Positions 1 to 12,617 of a stretch of 64,000 bases of DNA are shown piece by piece. Source of the stretch: Octopus sinensis (Eukaryota); NCBI RefSeq assembly GCF_006345805.1, contig NC_043022.1, positions 22,134,001 to 22,198,000 on the forward strand, given 5' to 3'. How positions within the stretch are numbered: position 1 is the first letter of the stretch; every line of letters starts with the position of its first letter. Both the position numbers and the translations under genes were made by a program. The notes beneath the pieces were generated by a model. That model was not told where the DNA came from, did not search any database, and worked only from the letters and a program-made list of their open reading frames with translations.

Positions 1-245
1 AATTTCAACCAATCAATGACGTCTATTGAGGTAAAAAAACAACATTCTGTGCCGTATGAATATGTCCCTCGTTTAAGAAACAGATTGGGTTTATTTACAT
101 TTGTGAAGAAAAAAAAGATACCCTTCCCCCACTCCTAACCCTAAAAGAGATTGAAATGCAATAGATCGATTCTAGGGTCATAATTATGGGTGACAATTTC
201 ATATAACACCGCTAGAAAAAACTGCTGTTCAAACCGAAATGATCC
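1..245 (-). mobile_element. Same TIR element, inverted, cut by the window edge
   Basis: Reverse complement of 6990-7235, ending aaaccgaaatgatcc. Confidence 0.85.
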
Positions 246-334
246 AGAAATGTAAATGTTGCTCTTCATGGGATTTATTGACTTCTAACTTAAGTAGAAG
301 GTCACACATGTTGAAGAGGGATTTAGCTACATTA

Positions 335-630
335 ACTGACTGCCTTGTACTTGTGGCGACATTCACCCTGGGTGGGTTGAGTCGGCTTCTTCTACCACCC
401 TCGAGGCATCTCGAACCATGGCAGCCCACGCATGACAGTCCTGCATCAGTTCACTGGAGATAGCGTGCCAGTCACGGTTCCATCGGCGCAGGCCGACCAC
501 CTGTGGTCCGTGAGCAGAGAGATCCTCCTTGATTTTTGTAACCCAGGTCTTCAGCTGCCCGCCCGCGCGTTTCCGCCAGTTGGGAAGTGGAGATGGGAGG
601 ACATCATGGCTCAGTTCAACCACCGGAGTG
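335..630 (-). mobile_element. RTE LINE 3' end (second lineage)
   Basis: PLPNWRKRAGGQLKTW..EDL..GPQVVGLRRWNRDW..QD..AWAAMVRDA..EADSTHPG* followed by a CAAGTA-like tail. Confidence 0.75.
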
Positions 631-1196
631 CCCCCACCACCACCACCGGACTGTCTCCCCCCCACCAGACTGCCCCCACCACCGGACTGCCTCACCCCCA
701 ATCTCCAAATACTCTACTGGAAATTATATTAAACAGCTCATATACTGCAAGGAGATGTGAGTTGTTATGTTTCAGGTAGGGCTCTTTTGTACCACAAGAT
801 AAGTGACCTGGTGCTTCAGACAAGACAGAGTCCTTCTGATCTGTCAGGAGAGGTTAATTTTGATTATTCAGACAGAGCAGAATCCTCCTGTGCCATGAGG
901 AGAGCAGTCAGGCAAGATTGGTGAGACAAATGTTTTCTCAAATGGAACCATATAGAAAATTTGTAATGTGATGACAATGCCAAAACTGTTACACATGTAT
1001 CATACCATAGAAGTGTAATATGGTAGCAAGGCAGTGATGATTTTAGATTATCAGTTGGGGGTGTTTACAAGAACAAGTGGTTTATGCAAAATCTTTCTTC
1101 AAATATTTAGGAATTTTATGAATTTGGCTGTTTTACTTACTACTGGAGACCTGTAAGTAATCTCCTCAGATTTTAGGCTATATTTCTTTAATATGT

Positions 1197-1494
1197 GGAG
1201 GCGCAATGGCCCAGTGGTTAGGGCAACGAACTCGCGGTTGTAGGATCACGGTTTCGATTCCCAGACCGGGCGTTGTGAGTGTTTATTGAGTGAAAACATC
1301 TAAAGCTCCACATGAGGCTCTGGCAGGGGGTGGTTGCGATCCCTGCTGTACTCTTTTGCCACAACTTTCTTCTGTTGGCCTGCTCGCTTAGCCAGCAGGT
1401 GGCGTCATTTGAAGGCTAAAACAATGCGAAGCGCATTGTGACCAGCGATGTGTAGCAACATCTGATAGCCTGGTCGGTCACGGTGATCACGTGA
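1197..1494 (+). mobile_element. tRNA-derived SINE family A (second copy 29626-29930)
   Basis: A box TGGCCCAGTGG and B-box-like GTTTCGATTCC, non-tRNA body, near-identical copy at 29626. Confidence 0.85.
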
Positions 1495-2789
1495 TTTCTT
1501 TAATATAGTATTGACTGGAGGAGATACAGTGATGCCGACTTCAATTAAGTGGTGGTGGTAATTATATCAAAGATTGGTAGTAATATCTGGGGCAATGATG
1601 TAATGTCAATGGCTTTAGTCGTCACAGTGAGTACTGTTGTGATGGTGGAAGATGAAGTGGTGATAGTGAACTGAAGGGGTGGGGGGTATTGCAAAATGTA
1701 GTATTACTAGTTTTCTACTGTACCATGGCTCAAATACTGAAGAACTTTTTCATACCACTTAGTATCTCGCATGTCATCATGTAGTGTGGGGAGGGAGAGA
1801 CTGACTCAAGAGTGGACACTGACAAGTAGAGTAAGAGAGTGACGCCTCTCACCTCATTATGAACAAATAAAGAATTATATATGCGTATGTCAGAACATGC
1901 AAATGACTAATTGATGGACACACACAATATGTATGTACGCTATCTCATAAAAATGGAAGATTGAATCTGATTTGTTACTTACATTCATCATCATCATCAT
2001 CAGCGTTTAGCATCCGCTTTCCATGCTAGCATGGGTTGGACGGTTCAACTGGGGTCTGGGAAGCCAGAAGGCTGCACCAGGCCCAGTCTGATCTGGCAAT
2101 GTTTCTATGGCTGGATGCCCTTCCTAACACCAACCACTCCATGAGTGTAGTGGGTGTTTTTTATGTGCCACCGGCACAGGTGCCAGACGAGGCTGGCAAA
2201 CGGCCACAATTGGATGGTGCTTTTTACGCCAAGAAGCTTGCTTCTTAACCATGAAGCTTTCGGTTCAGTCCCACTGTGTGACACCTTGGGCAAGTGTCTT
2301 TTACTATAGACTCAGGTCAACCAAAGCCTTGTGAGCAGATGTGGTAGCTGGAAGCCGAAAGGAGCCCATCATATACACAGGCACACACTGTGTGTGTGAG
2401 AGAGTGTGTTTGTGTACCTTTGTATCGATAATGTGTGATGACTGTAAATGGACATCACTGTGGTACTAGTTATGTTGTTCATAAGAAGTCTTCCATGAAA
2501 AATATGTCTGGCCAAGAGAAATATTACTTTGAGTGGAAGCAGGTAACAGTTGACAACAAGAAAGGTTTCTGGCTGTAGATAATCTGCTTCAATGAATTCC
2601 ATCTGACTCATGTAAGCATAGAAAAGTTGATGTTAAATACTAAGATGATGACACATACCACATTCTTTTACAATTTTCGGTTGCTCAAACACTACTTTGA
2701 AAGGTTTAGTTTATTAAATAGGTCCCAGTACTTCAATTTTTGAAAACACAAGATACAGAGACAAGTACAAAGATATGCATACATGCACA

Positions 2790-3203
2790 GCCGTAGGAGT
2801 GGCTGTGTGGTAAGTAGCTTGCTTACGAACCACATGGTTCCGGGTTCAGTCCCACTGCGTGGCACCTTAGGCAAGTGTCTTCTACTACAGCCTCGGGCCG
2901 ACCAAAGCCTTGTGAGTGGATTTGGTAGGCGGAAACTGAAAGAAGCCCGTCATATATATGTATATATATATATGTATGTATGTGTGTATATGTTTGTGTG
3001 TCTGCGTTTGTCCCCCACAACATCGCTTGACAACCGATGCTGGTGTGTTTATGCCCCCGTAACTTAGCGGTTCGGCAAAGAGACCAACAGAATAAATACT
3101 AGGCTTACAAAGAATAAGTCCTGGGGTCGATTTGCTCGATTAAAGGCGGTGCTCCAGCATGGCCACAGTCAAATGACTGAAACAAGTGAAAGAGTAAAGA
3201 GTA
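2790..3203 (+). mobile_element. SINE family C (tRNA head, CORE-like ACCTTGGGCAAGT, internal (TA)n(TG)n, GAGTAAAA tail); representative copy
   Basis: Other copies at 14114-14497(-), 25874-26258(+), 33216-33608(+), 44706-45147(+), 57007-57414(-), 59347-59754(+). Halves at 2240-2365, 4000-4228, 4300-4525, 57557-57720, 57895-58095. Confidence 0.9.
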
Positions 3204-3871
3204 TATATGTAATGGGTTTCTGCACAATTTTTGTCTACAAATTAATTCACAGCCCAAGATTATGATAGAAGATACTTGGGTCAAGATGCCACACAGTGGA
3301 ATTGCACCCAATATTTCAGTTTCCTATAGGCTTTCTTAATGCATAAAGACATCAATATTGGAATATACCACTACATATGTGTATGTGTGTAATGTCAAAT
3401 GTAGAAATGTGATCGTGTCGTTACAGATTAATATATGTGCATGTTTAGTACACACAAACACACGGAATATATATTAGGAACAAAAGCAGTGCATTATTAT
3501 TTTCGATAAATAGTACCCTCCCCTTGAACTGGTAATCACTATGCAAAACAAATTAACATAGACCCATACATACACGTGAGTGTACCTGTGTGTGCGTGTG
3601 TGTGTGTGTCCTGTCATGACTCCATGTCGAAAAACCATTCTCCGGGACATTTTTGAAAAGGGAGAAGCAATAAAGGAAAAATGCCCGTCTAACATTCCCA
3701 AAGACAGGTGTCCAAATGTACATAAATATCGTTATATATATATATATTTATTGGTAAAAACGATAAGATAACAAAAGAAAGAAAGAGACCTCAATATTAT
3801 ATAAACAGAGGAAATTTATCTGTAAAATAATATGTTACAATTATTCAATAGCCAAGATAAATAGATGGCCG

Positions 3872-3932
3872 GATAACCGAAGAGATGGCGTTGTGGATTT
3901 CCACCTCGGCATCCGAAACTCAGAGTTTTATC
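3872..3932 (+). ncRNA. Hammerhead-like motif in fold-back element 3750-3970
   Basis: GATAA-CCGAAGA-GATG..CATC-C-GAA-ACTC(A)GAGT-T-TTATC. Stem I GATAA/TTATC, palindromic stem III. Confidence 0.6.
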
Positions 3933-3966
3933 TTGGCTACCGAATAATTGTCACATATTATTTTAC

Positions 3967-4006
<40 letters not shown>

Positions 4007-4850
4007 GTGTGTGTATATGTTTGTGTGTTTGTGTTTGCCCCCCCCCCCCTCCAACATCGCTTGACGACCGATGCTGGTGTGTTTACGTCCACGTAACTTG
4101 ACGGTTCGGCAAAAGTGACCGATAGAATAAGTACTAAGCCTACAAAGAATAAGTCCCGGGGTCGATTTGCTCGACTAAAGGCGGTGCTCCAGCATGACAA
4201 CAGTCAAATGACTGAAACAGGTAAAATAGTAAATAGTAATAGTAGTAGTTTGGATCATTATCAGCAAAAACCTGCAGTCCTTCCTCGATAAGCGCCATAT
4301 ATGTATATATATATATATGTGTGTTTGTGTGTCTGTGTTTGTCCCTCTAGCATTGCTTGACAACCGATGCTGGTGTGTTTACGTCCCCGTCACCTAGCGG
4401 TTCGGCAAAAGAGACCGATAGAATAAATACTGGGCTTACAAAGAATAGTCCCGGGGTCGATTTGCTCGACTAAAGGCGGTGCTCCAGCATGGCCACAGTC
4501 AAATGACTGAAACCAGTAAAAGAGTATGTATATGCAGGTGTAAGACTATGTACGTACACACACCTTTATCGATTCTGGATCCTGGATAAACAGAAATACT
4601 TTAGACACATGTAGAGCAATACAAATCAGTGTATACAAACATGTACATACACCTGCTTCCGTACACATACTTGCAGACACAATAATTTTCTCTCTCTCTC
4701 TCTCCAGATTCTACATCATCCCGTCACATACACATTTAACGAAAACTCATCAAGTTCCCTGCAGAATTTTAGCTAACACCTACGACTGCCGATTTCCTGG
4801 AACTCATTTTTTTTTTCTTTCTTCTTTAACCATACATACACACACGAAAT

Positions 4851-4923
<73 letters not shown>

Positions 4924-5692
4924 CACTTTCCTATATACTATGTTCCAATGGAATGACTGAAAGGAAGGAAGGTATTTTTTTTTTACCTAGTTTCAATGAG
5001 TTTAGAAGGGGTAGGGTGTTCGAATTTATTATTTTAGGAATTTTTTTTTCCTTCTCTATAAATTCAATCAGGAATAAGGGATATTACATTCATGACCTCT
5101 ACTAGTCTTTCCTTCCAAATTAGCAGGATTGCTGCGACCGACCGATGTTCAATTTAAAAATGCGGGTGGGTGTGGGATTAGGAATTTCAAAGGGCTGCCG
5201 TCTACGGAAGAGATGGGTACAATCATTAGAGTGGAGTGGGGTGGTATTAGTGATGGGTTGTGTCATTGAAGAGGAATGCAAGTGGTAGTGGTGGTGATGA
5301 GGAAGTGAATCAACAGACTAAAGAACGATTGATCACTGAAAGATGAAATAGTAAACAGATATGCAAAGTGAACAAACAGGTTTGCAAATAATATAACGAA
5401 CAAATCTACAAAATAATGAAGTGAGTGCATTTACAAACGGATAAATTAGTTATTATAAACGAAGAAATATAAACAGCATAAAACTGCTTCACACCTCCAA
5501 AAGATAAACAATATAAAACAACAGAAATACAACAAACGCAATGTATTGTTTTGGCAGTAAAAATAATCAAATATGAAATGCATTCAAAAGAGAAAGAAGA
5601 ATGAAGATAAGATTGTAAGGAATTAGAGGAAAATGATAATTAGTGAGATAAAAAAAAAGAAGCAGGTGTGGTGCGTCCACTGAAAGACTAAC

Positions 5693-5902
5693 CCATTGTA
5701 TTGGAATCGGGTGTTTGTAACAGTGCACATGTTCTAGGGTGCTGTAAAGTGGCAGTAGGTAAGGGGTCTGAGAGAGGGCAGCAGCCTGGTAGAACTGCTC
5801 CTCGTCACCACTGTAACACTGTGATCTCGTCTCAAGGGCACGCCGGCCACGCTGGGACCTCTTCACCGCGGACGGTGTCGTCTCCTCCACCGAGACATCC
5901 AT
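5693..5902 (-). CDS. Candidate alternative first coding exon (70 codons, MDVSVEETTPSAVKRSQRGRRALETRSQCYSGDEEQFYQ...PIQW), probably a PDZ-less myosin-18 isoform
   Basis: Strong Kozak context (aagATGG), non-repetitive GC-balanced ORF, phase-0 donor TGG|GTTAGT at 5692, low-complexity UTR-like leader to about 6450. Link to MYO18 is inferred only. Confidence 0.5.
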
Positions 5903-6989
5903 CTTGAGTGAATCATCCAAGTGCAAGGAGCCAAAGACGACGACGACGATAATAACGGGAGCAAGATGTAGCGGCAACGGAACCGCAGCAGCAGCAGCAG
6001 CAGCAGTTGCTGAAATGGTTGGAGTGGGAGTAGACAACAGACAGTAATAGATAACGGTAGTAGGTAGGAGGGGTTGGAAAAATAATAATAATAAAGAGGC
6101 GAGGGAAGAGAGAAGTCGAAAGAGGCGGTAGGCGATAGTAGAGAGAGGGGCGGGAGGTACAGAAAGTGAAAGAGATAATAGAGATGTAGTGGAAAGTGAA
6201 AGAGAGAGTAAGGAGACGGGATAAGGAGGAAGCGGGAGAAGACGAGGAGGAGGTGACAAAGCGAAGAAAGTGAAAGAGAGGAAAAGAGAGAGTGGACAAG
6301 AGGGACAGGAGGAGGAGGAGGAAGAGAGAAACAAAACAAGAAGCAGATGGAGGTGGTGTGGAAGTGAAGTATGGACAACGCTAGGGATAACACAGGAAAT
6401 TGTGGTCAAGCTATCAACTAGAAACAGTAGCCAAACCTCCTTCAAACGGATAGGAACTACACTGAATAATGCAATTCGCTATATATATATATATATATAT
6501 AAAATATACACACACGCGCGCGCCAAGGGGGGATGGTTACACCTTTGATCATTTGCATGCTGAATCAGGGCTAAGACGGGGGTTAAACAACGGAGGAACT
6601 AATGAATACATGGGCATTTCCATTTAAAACACATAAAGAGATACATGTACACACATCAGCCTTCACATACGCATACTAACGGTAAAACATATACGAAACG
6701 ACAAACGCAAAAATTACGACAGGTAAATACAGAAGATACACAACACGTGTGAATGTCTGTTGTGTTTGCGTAAAATACGTAAGAAAAAACTTTCATACAC
6801 ACACGCAGACACAACATATTCACAGACACACTGCACTTATAGATTGAGTGAAGTTGTAATTTCCACGAAGTGGAGTGGTGCTTCGAGTGTTCCTGATCAT
6901 GTGAAGCGAGCTTATGGAAACATTAAGGTATGGGGGTGGAGCTTACAGAGCGAGGTGAGGTATTCTATCCGTCTGGAATAGAACGTACC

Positions 6990-7399
6990 GGATCTTTTCG
7001 GTTTGAACGGCAGTTTTTCTAGCGGTGTCATATGAAATTGTCACCCATAATTATGACCCTAGTATCGATCTATTGCATTTCAATCTGTTTTAGGGTTAGG
7101 GGTGGGGGGAAGGGTCTTTTTTTTCTTCAGAAATGTAAATAAACCCAATCTGTTTCTTAAACGTGGGACATATTCATACGGCACAGAATGTTTTTCACCT
7201 CAATAGACGTCATTGATTGGTTGAAATTGCAGAAATCGAAGTAAAAAAACAACAAATATCTTACAAACTATAGAATTTTCTCAATAAAGCCAAGAGAAAA
7301 AGATGTTTTATAAACACATTCTACCAGTATACGAAGTTTAAAAGTGTTTAGTTACGTGGAAATTATTTTAAAAAACTGCCGTTCAAACCGAAAAGATCC
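6990..7399 (+). mobile_element. Non-autonomous TIR element (GGATCTTTTCGGTTTGAACGGCAGTTTTT TIRs), flanked by ~100-bp direct repeats
   Basis: ~29-bp TIRs at both ends. 6885-6989 is repeated at 7400-7498, abutting both termini. Confidence 0.9.
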
Positions 7400-7650
7400 G
7401 AGTGTTCCTGATCATATGAAGTGAGCTTATGGAAACATTAAGGTATGGGGTGGATCTTACAGAGTGAGGTATTCTATCCGTCTGGAATAGAATATACCTT
7501 CTTATATCGTTGCATACGTGTGTGTGTGTATGTGTATACATATTAGCCGAATATTGTGTTGTTGGTGGATAATTCTCACAATATTGCTATGTGGGCGTGC
7601 TATTTCGAAAGTCCTTGGCAGACCTTCGGAATAGCACACCTGTATAAGTT

Positions 7651-8013
7651 GGATTTTCTCCGCTTTGACGGGGATTTTTCAGATTTGTTTGTTTGTTTTT
7701 TTATTTTATTTATTTATTTATTTTTTATATCAAAACCTTGCAAATTTTGAAAATTATAGAATTTTCTCAAACCTCACTCAGTAATGATTTTGGCCAATGG
7801 TTTTTTCGGAAAAAAGATTTGGAAATCAGTAAACACCATTACAACCTCAACTTCATTTTCAAAACAGAAAATAAAACGTAATTAAAAGCAATTGTGAGAT
7901 GAAGCCAAGAGAAAATGATGTTTTATAAACACATTCCACCAGTATACGAAGTTAAAAAATTTTTAGTTACCTAGAAATTATGTTAAAAACTGCCGTTCAA
8001 ACCGAAAAGATCC
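7651..8013 (+). mobile_element. Diverged relative of the GGATC-TIR element
   Basis: Right 110 bp (about 7903-8013) match the family end ...aaaccgaaaagatcc. A degenerate left TIR ggattttctccgctttgacggggattttt may start at 7651. No TSD seen. Confidence 0.5.
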
Positions 8014-8354
8014 CATTTTTCATTAAAAAATAAATCTTAAAATTTCGGCTTTTTCGGTTTTTTTCTCCTTTTTTTTTTACGAAATACGGACAGTCCGAAT
8101 CTGCAATATCTTTCCGTTTACAATTTTCAGACGAAAAAGTGATTTAAGGGCGATTTAGCTGTTGTATCTAGCGCATCTCACGCCCACCAGGTACCTTCCT
8201 CGTTTCTTTGTCACTCTGACAATTATTGATGTTTTTGAATATTTTTCTCTCCATAAACACAGTCTGATGAAGTGGTCCATTGCTGGGACACCATAAAAAA
8301 AATTTGAGTTATTTCTCAGAGGAAATTATATTTTTTCTTATTATTTACGAACAA

Positions 8355-9560
8355 CTTTTTCGGTAAAAATAAACCTCTGTATCTGGTTTTGTTGACATGA
8401 AGAAAGCCTTTGATAGGGTCTCCCGCTCCCTTATCTGGTGGGCTAGGTATAGATGAGTGGTTAGTGTGAGCGGTACAAGCAATGTACAGGAATGCTGTTA
8501 GTAAGGTGAGAGTCGCCAATGAGTATAGCATGAAGCTTAGTGTACAAGTAGGAGTCCACCAAGGTTCAGTTCTTAGCCTCCTCTTATTTATCATGGCCAT
8601 CCAAGTTAAATCTGAGGAATTTAAGATTGGCTACCCCTGGGAGATCCTCTTTGCTGATGACATTGCTCTAATCGCTGAATTACTACCAGAACAAGAGGAA
8701 AAATTTAGGACATGGAAACCTGGACTGGAATCAAAGAGCCTCATAGTTAATTTAGCAAAGACTGAAGTCATAATAAGTAGGAAAATAGACAAATCACAGA
8801 TCCCTCAAGGAGATGGCCCAACTCAATATGTAGAAAAGGTGTTGAGAAATTTCATACAGTGTACCCAGTGCAAGCTATGGACACATAAGAGGTGCAGTGG
8901 TATCACTTGAAGACTATCAGAGAAAGTAGTCTTTACATGTGACAGATATGCAGGTACATCAAACACCAGGAATATACAAAAAATAGACTCCCTCAAATGT
9001 CAAGGGGTATCCTTAAAAGTAATTAACAGTATTTGTTACTTAGGTGACCAAGTTAGTAGTGGGGGAGGTTGTTCAAAAAGCATAGCTTCTAGAATAAGAA
9101 TAAGCTGGGTAAAGTTCGGGGAACTACTACTTCTGTTAATAATGAAGGGCCTCTCCATCAGAGTCAGATTGCATGATGCCTGTGTATGAACAGTGACACT
9201 ACATGGCAGTGAGACATGGGCTGAAGATTTGTGAAGGCTTGAAAGAAACGAAGTCAGTATGCTCCACTGGGTAGGTAATGTCAGTGTGCATATGTGACAG
9301 AGTGTAAGTTATTTGAGAGAAAAACTGGGTACACGAGGTATCAGATGTAGCATGCAAGAGAGAAGACTGCACTGGTATTGTCTTGTAATGCATATGAATG
9401 AAGACAGTTACATCAAGAGGGAGCATGTGGTAGGGGTAGACCCAGGAAGATATGGGATGGTGTGATGAGGAAGGATCTACAGATGTTGGGATGCACAGGG
9501 AGGATGACAGGGAAATGAAACTCCAGGCAGTTTGCTGTGCTTGAAAAGACCCATCAAGGT
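8355..9560 (+). mobile_element. RTE-clade LINE, RT and 3' fragment, decayed
   Basis: FVDMKKAFDRV, VGVHQGSVLSLLLF, WEILFADDIAL, VNLAKTEV, CTQCKLWTHKRCSGI. Many stops further 3'. Confidence 0.88.
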
Positions 9561-10295
9561 AAGTAAAAGTGTGGTTGTTCTTGCATACAACTGCATCCCT
9601 TTCCAGCTGAGCATTGCTAACTTGTGGGTTCATGGGTACTGGTGCCACATAAAATGAACCCGCTCCAGTGCTGTGTAAAAGCACCAAGTACATTCTGTAA
9701 AGTGGTTGGCATTAGGAAAGGCATGCAGCCATAGAAACCAAGCTTAAAACGAACATGAAACCTGGGCAGCTCTTCAGCTGGCCAACTCCTGTCAAGCCTT
9801 CCAGCCCATACCAGTATGGAAAACAAACATTGTATATATAAAAGGGGTGAGGACCAAAATCCTTCAAAGAGATATCAAACATCCAAGTCCACTGAGATGA
9901 TTTGAAAACATAATACCTAATAATCTAACAGTATATCTTTTCTACTCCTCTGAGATTTGCCTAAGGCAATGATTTAATTATTGTAATTTAATCCTTTAGG
10001 ATAAACTGAAACAGCTGTAAGAGAATATGTCGTGTTTTTGTAGATAAATTATATTAATGCTACGTTTCCATTTTCTAAATATTCTTTTGAATACTTATAA
10101 ACCAAGATTTATATTTAGACCTATTATTTTATGAATATTATTATTCACAAAAAATACTAGTCAACGAACCAGTAATTAATTGGATATTACTATCCCTTAA
10201 TGAGACTATTTTAACCTCTGACTGAATACACACACACACACATGTATATAAATGATATAGATATATTAAAATGTTTTTATATATATATATATAGT

Positions 10296-10548
10296 GGAGG
10301 CGCGTGTCTTAGTGGTTAGGGTGCCATCACCATGATCGTAAGATTGTGGTTTCGATTCCTGGACCGGGCGACTAGTTGTGCTCTTGAGCAAAACACTTCA
10401 TTTCACGTTGCTCCAGTCCACTCAGCTGGCAAAAATGAGTAACGCTGTGATGGACTGGTGTCCCATCCAGCTGGGGAACACATACGCCATAGAAACCGGG
10501 AAACTGGGCGCATGAGCCTGGCTAGGCTTTAAAAGGGCGCATTTATTT
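10296..10548 (+). mobile_element. tRNA-head SINE with CORE-like segment; relatives at about 24005-24394 (-) and 16535-16690 (+)
   Basis: tRNA-like head, cttgagcaaaacacttcatttcacgttgctccagtccactcagctg, (ATTT)n-like tail. Confidence 0.75.
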
Positions 10549-11269
10549 ATTATACACACACACACACATTTATATAAATTATAATGAAAAGGGTTCTTAG
10601 TCTAAAGTAACTTCTTGCCTCTAAAATCTCAAATGTAAGATCTCTTCCCTGAAGACAGAGGCTCATCTCACCCTCTGATGGAATCCATCTACAAACATTA
10701 TTATGGACCACCAAGCCTCCAGAAACTATTGTTGGATTTGTAATACTTTTCCTCAACCCCTTCAATTCTCTATATCATTGGTATTCTGTGTAAGTCAGGC
10801 CCTTTTATCATCATCATCATCGTTTAACATCCACTTTCCATGCTAGCATGGGTTGGACGGTTCAACTGGGGTCTGGGAAGCCAGAAGGCTGCACCAGGCC
10901 CAGTCTGATCTGGCAGTGTTTCTACAGCTGGATGCCCTTCCTAATGCCAACCACTCCGTGAGTGTAGTGGGTGCTTTTTACGAGTCTGGCAAACGGCCAC
11001 GATCAAATGATGCTTTTTTATGTGCCACCGTATAAAGCACCATCCGATCATGGCCGTTTTTATATACGTATATACATTTTTGGTATTTCATGTATTTAAT
11101 ATAATTTATTGATCTGTGTAACTTGTTTATCCCTACATTTACTTCTGTACCCCCTCAAGTTTAAACCTCTTGAGCACCACTAAGTGTATTCTATATGGAG
11201 AATATCTGGATCTAATCTATGAACTAAACACCTTTTGCTCACCCAAGTGCTACTTATTAATTACACTCA

Positions 11270-11497
11270 TGGACAACGAAAAACCTGGCTGATGACAGTC
11301 AAGGCTGATCTGGAACCCAACCTAGGCCCCCATATCTACGGCATTCGCCACTGGAATAAGGAGTGGTTGGAGATCACGCGGTCATTAGCCTCAAATCGCC
11401 AGGCCTGGTCGGTGTTTGTGAGAGATGCAGCATTGAGGATGAATGAAGCCAGCTCAACCCACCCTGGGTGAATGCTGTCAAGTTAAGTCAAGTCAGT
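11270..11497 (+). mobile_element. RTE LINE 3' end related to 335-630
   Basis: GQRKTWLMTVKADLEP.LGPHIYGIRHWNKEW..ASNRQAWSVFVRDA..EASSTHPG* then a (CAAGT)n tail. Confidence 0.75.
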
Positions 11498-12087
11498 CTC
11501 ATGTACAAGCAATTCTTGGTCACATCTACAAAGAATATCCCAATCACAGATAGGGATCTCTACATAGAACTTTTAATACAGAAAACTAAGGACTTTTATG
11601 TTTATATGTTCTTCGTTTACCATTTGGTTGTCTTTATATTTATTCTGTAGCTGATATATTCCCCAAGATATAATATATTGACCTAATGCGTTGTGAGTGA
11701 CATATATGTGTTTTTCATTTAAAACTAATTTCTTTCATACTTGTAGTTGGTAAAATGACAAGTGTCGTCAAATACATTTTGAGGAGAATTGTCAAAGCAC
11801 CAATTCCAAAGATATTTTCGTTTGATTCTCGTTTAATTTACTAAATTCAATTGACATTACATATAAATACAGGGGAGTAACCTCCCTTCGTTAATTAAGA
11901 CAGGCGCAAGAAAACATGAGTAAGGAGGTCAATTCTAAATTTTGGTCTAAAAGTTATCTGTCCCAAAGAGATGACAAGAATTAAATTTCTTATCTATTTC
12001 ATTTTAACTAATCTAAAGGAAGTATTCGATTTATGACTTAAGGTCATTGTGGAGGAAAGCAACGTCTTGTATCATTACAGCAAAGGG

Positions 12088-12617
12088 ATGAAGTCGATTA
12101 CATCGACCCCAGTGCGTAACTGGTACTTATTTAATCATCCCCGAAAAAGCAAAGTCGACCGCAACGGAATTTGAATTCAGAACGTAACGGCAGACGAAAT
12201 ATCTATTTCTTTACTACTCACAAGGAGCTATACACAGAGGGGACAAACAAGGACAGACAAACGGATTAAGTCGATTACATCGACCCCAGTACGCAACTGG
12301 TACTTAATTTATCGACCCTGAAAGGATGAAAGGCAAAGTCGACCACGGCGGAATTTGAACTCACAACGTAAAGACAGGCGAAATACCTATTTCTTTACTA
12401 CCCACAAGGGGCTAAACACAGAGGGGACATACAAGGACAGACATAGGTATTAAGTCGATTATATTTACTCCAGTGCGTAACTGGTACTTAATTTATCGAC
12501 CCCGAAAGCATGAAAGGCAAAGTCGACCTCGGCAGAATTTGAACTCAGAACATAACGGCAGACGAAATACGGCTACGCATTTCGCCCGGCATGCTAACGT
12601 TTCTGCCAGCTCGCCGC
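12088..12617 (-). repeat. SINE family B, one head plus three tandem bodies (period ~183 bp)
   Basis: Repeated CTATTTCTTTACTACYCACAAGG junctions near 12200 and 12385. Head ends at 12617. Confidence 0.85.

Noticed and set aside
1197-1275. tRNA-like sequences at SINE heads (also 10296, 29626, 2790)
   Set aside because: They continue into repeat bodies, occur in many diverged copies and lack a complete cloverleaf.
5903-6445. N-terminal 181 codons of the 292-aa ORF
   Set aside because: Low-complexity CT-rich sequence starting at TTG with no in-frame ATG before 5902, so treated as UTR.
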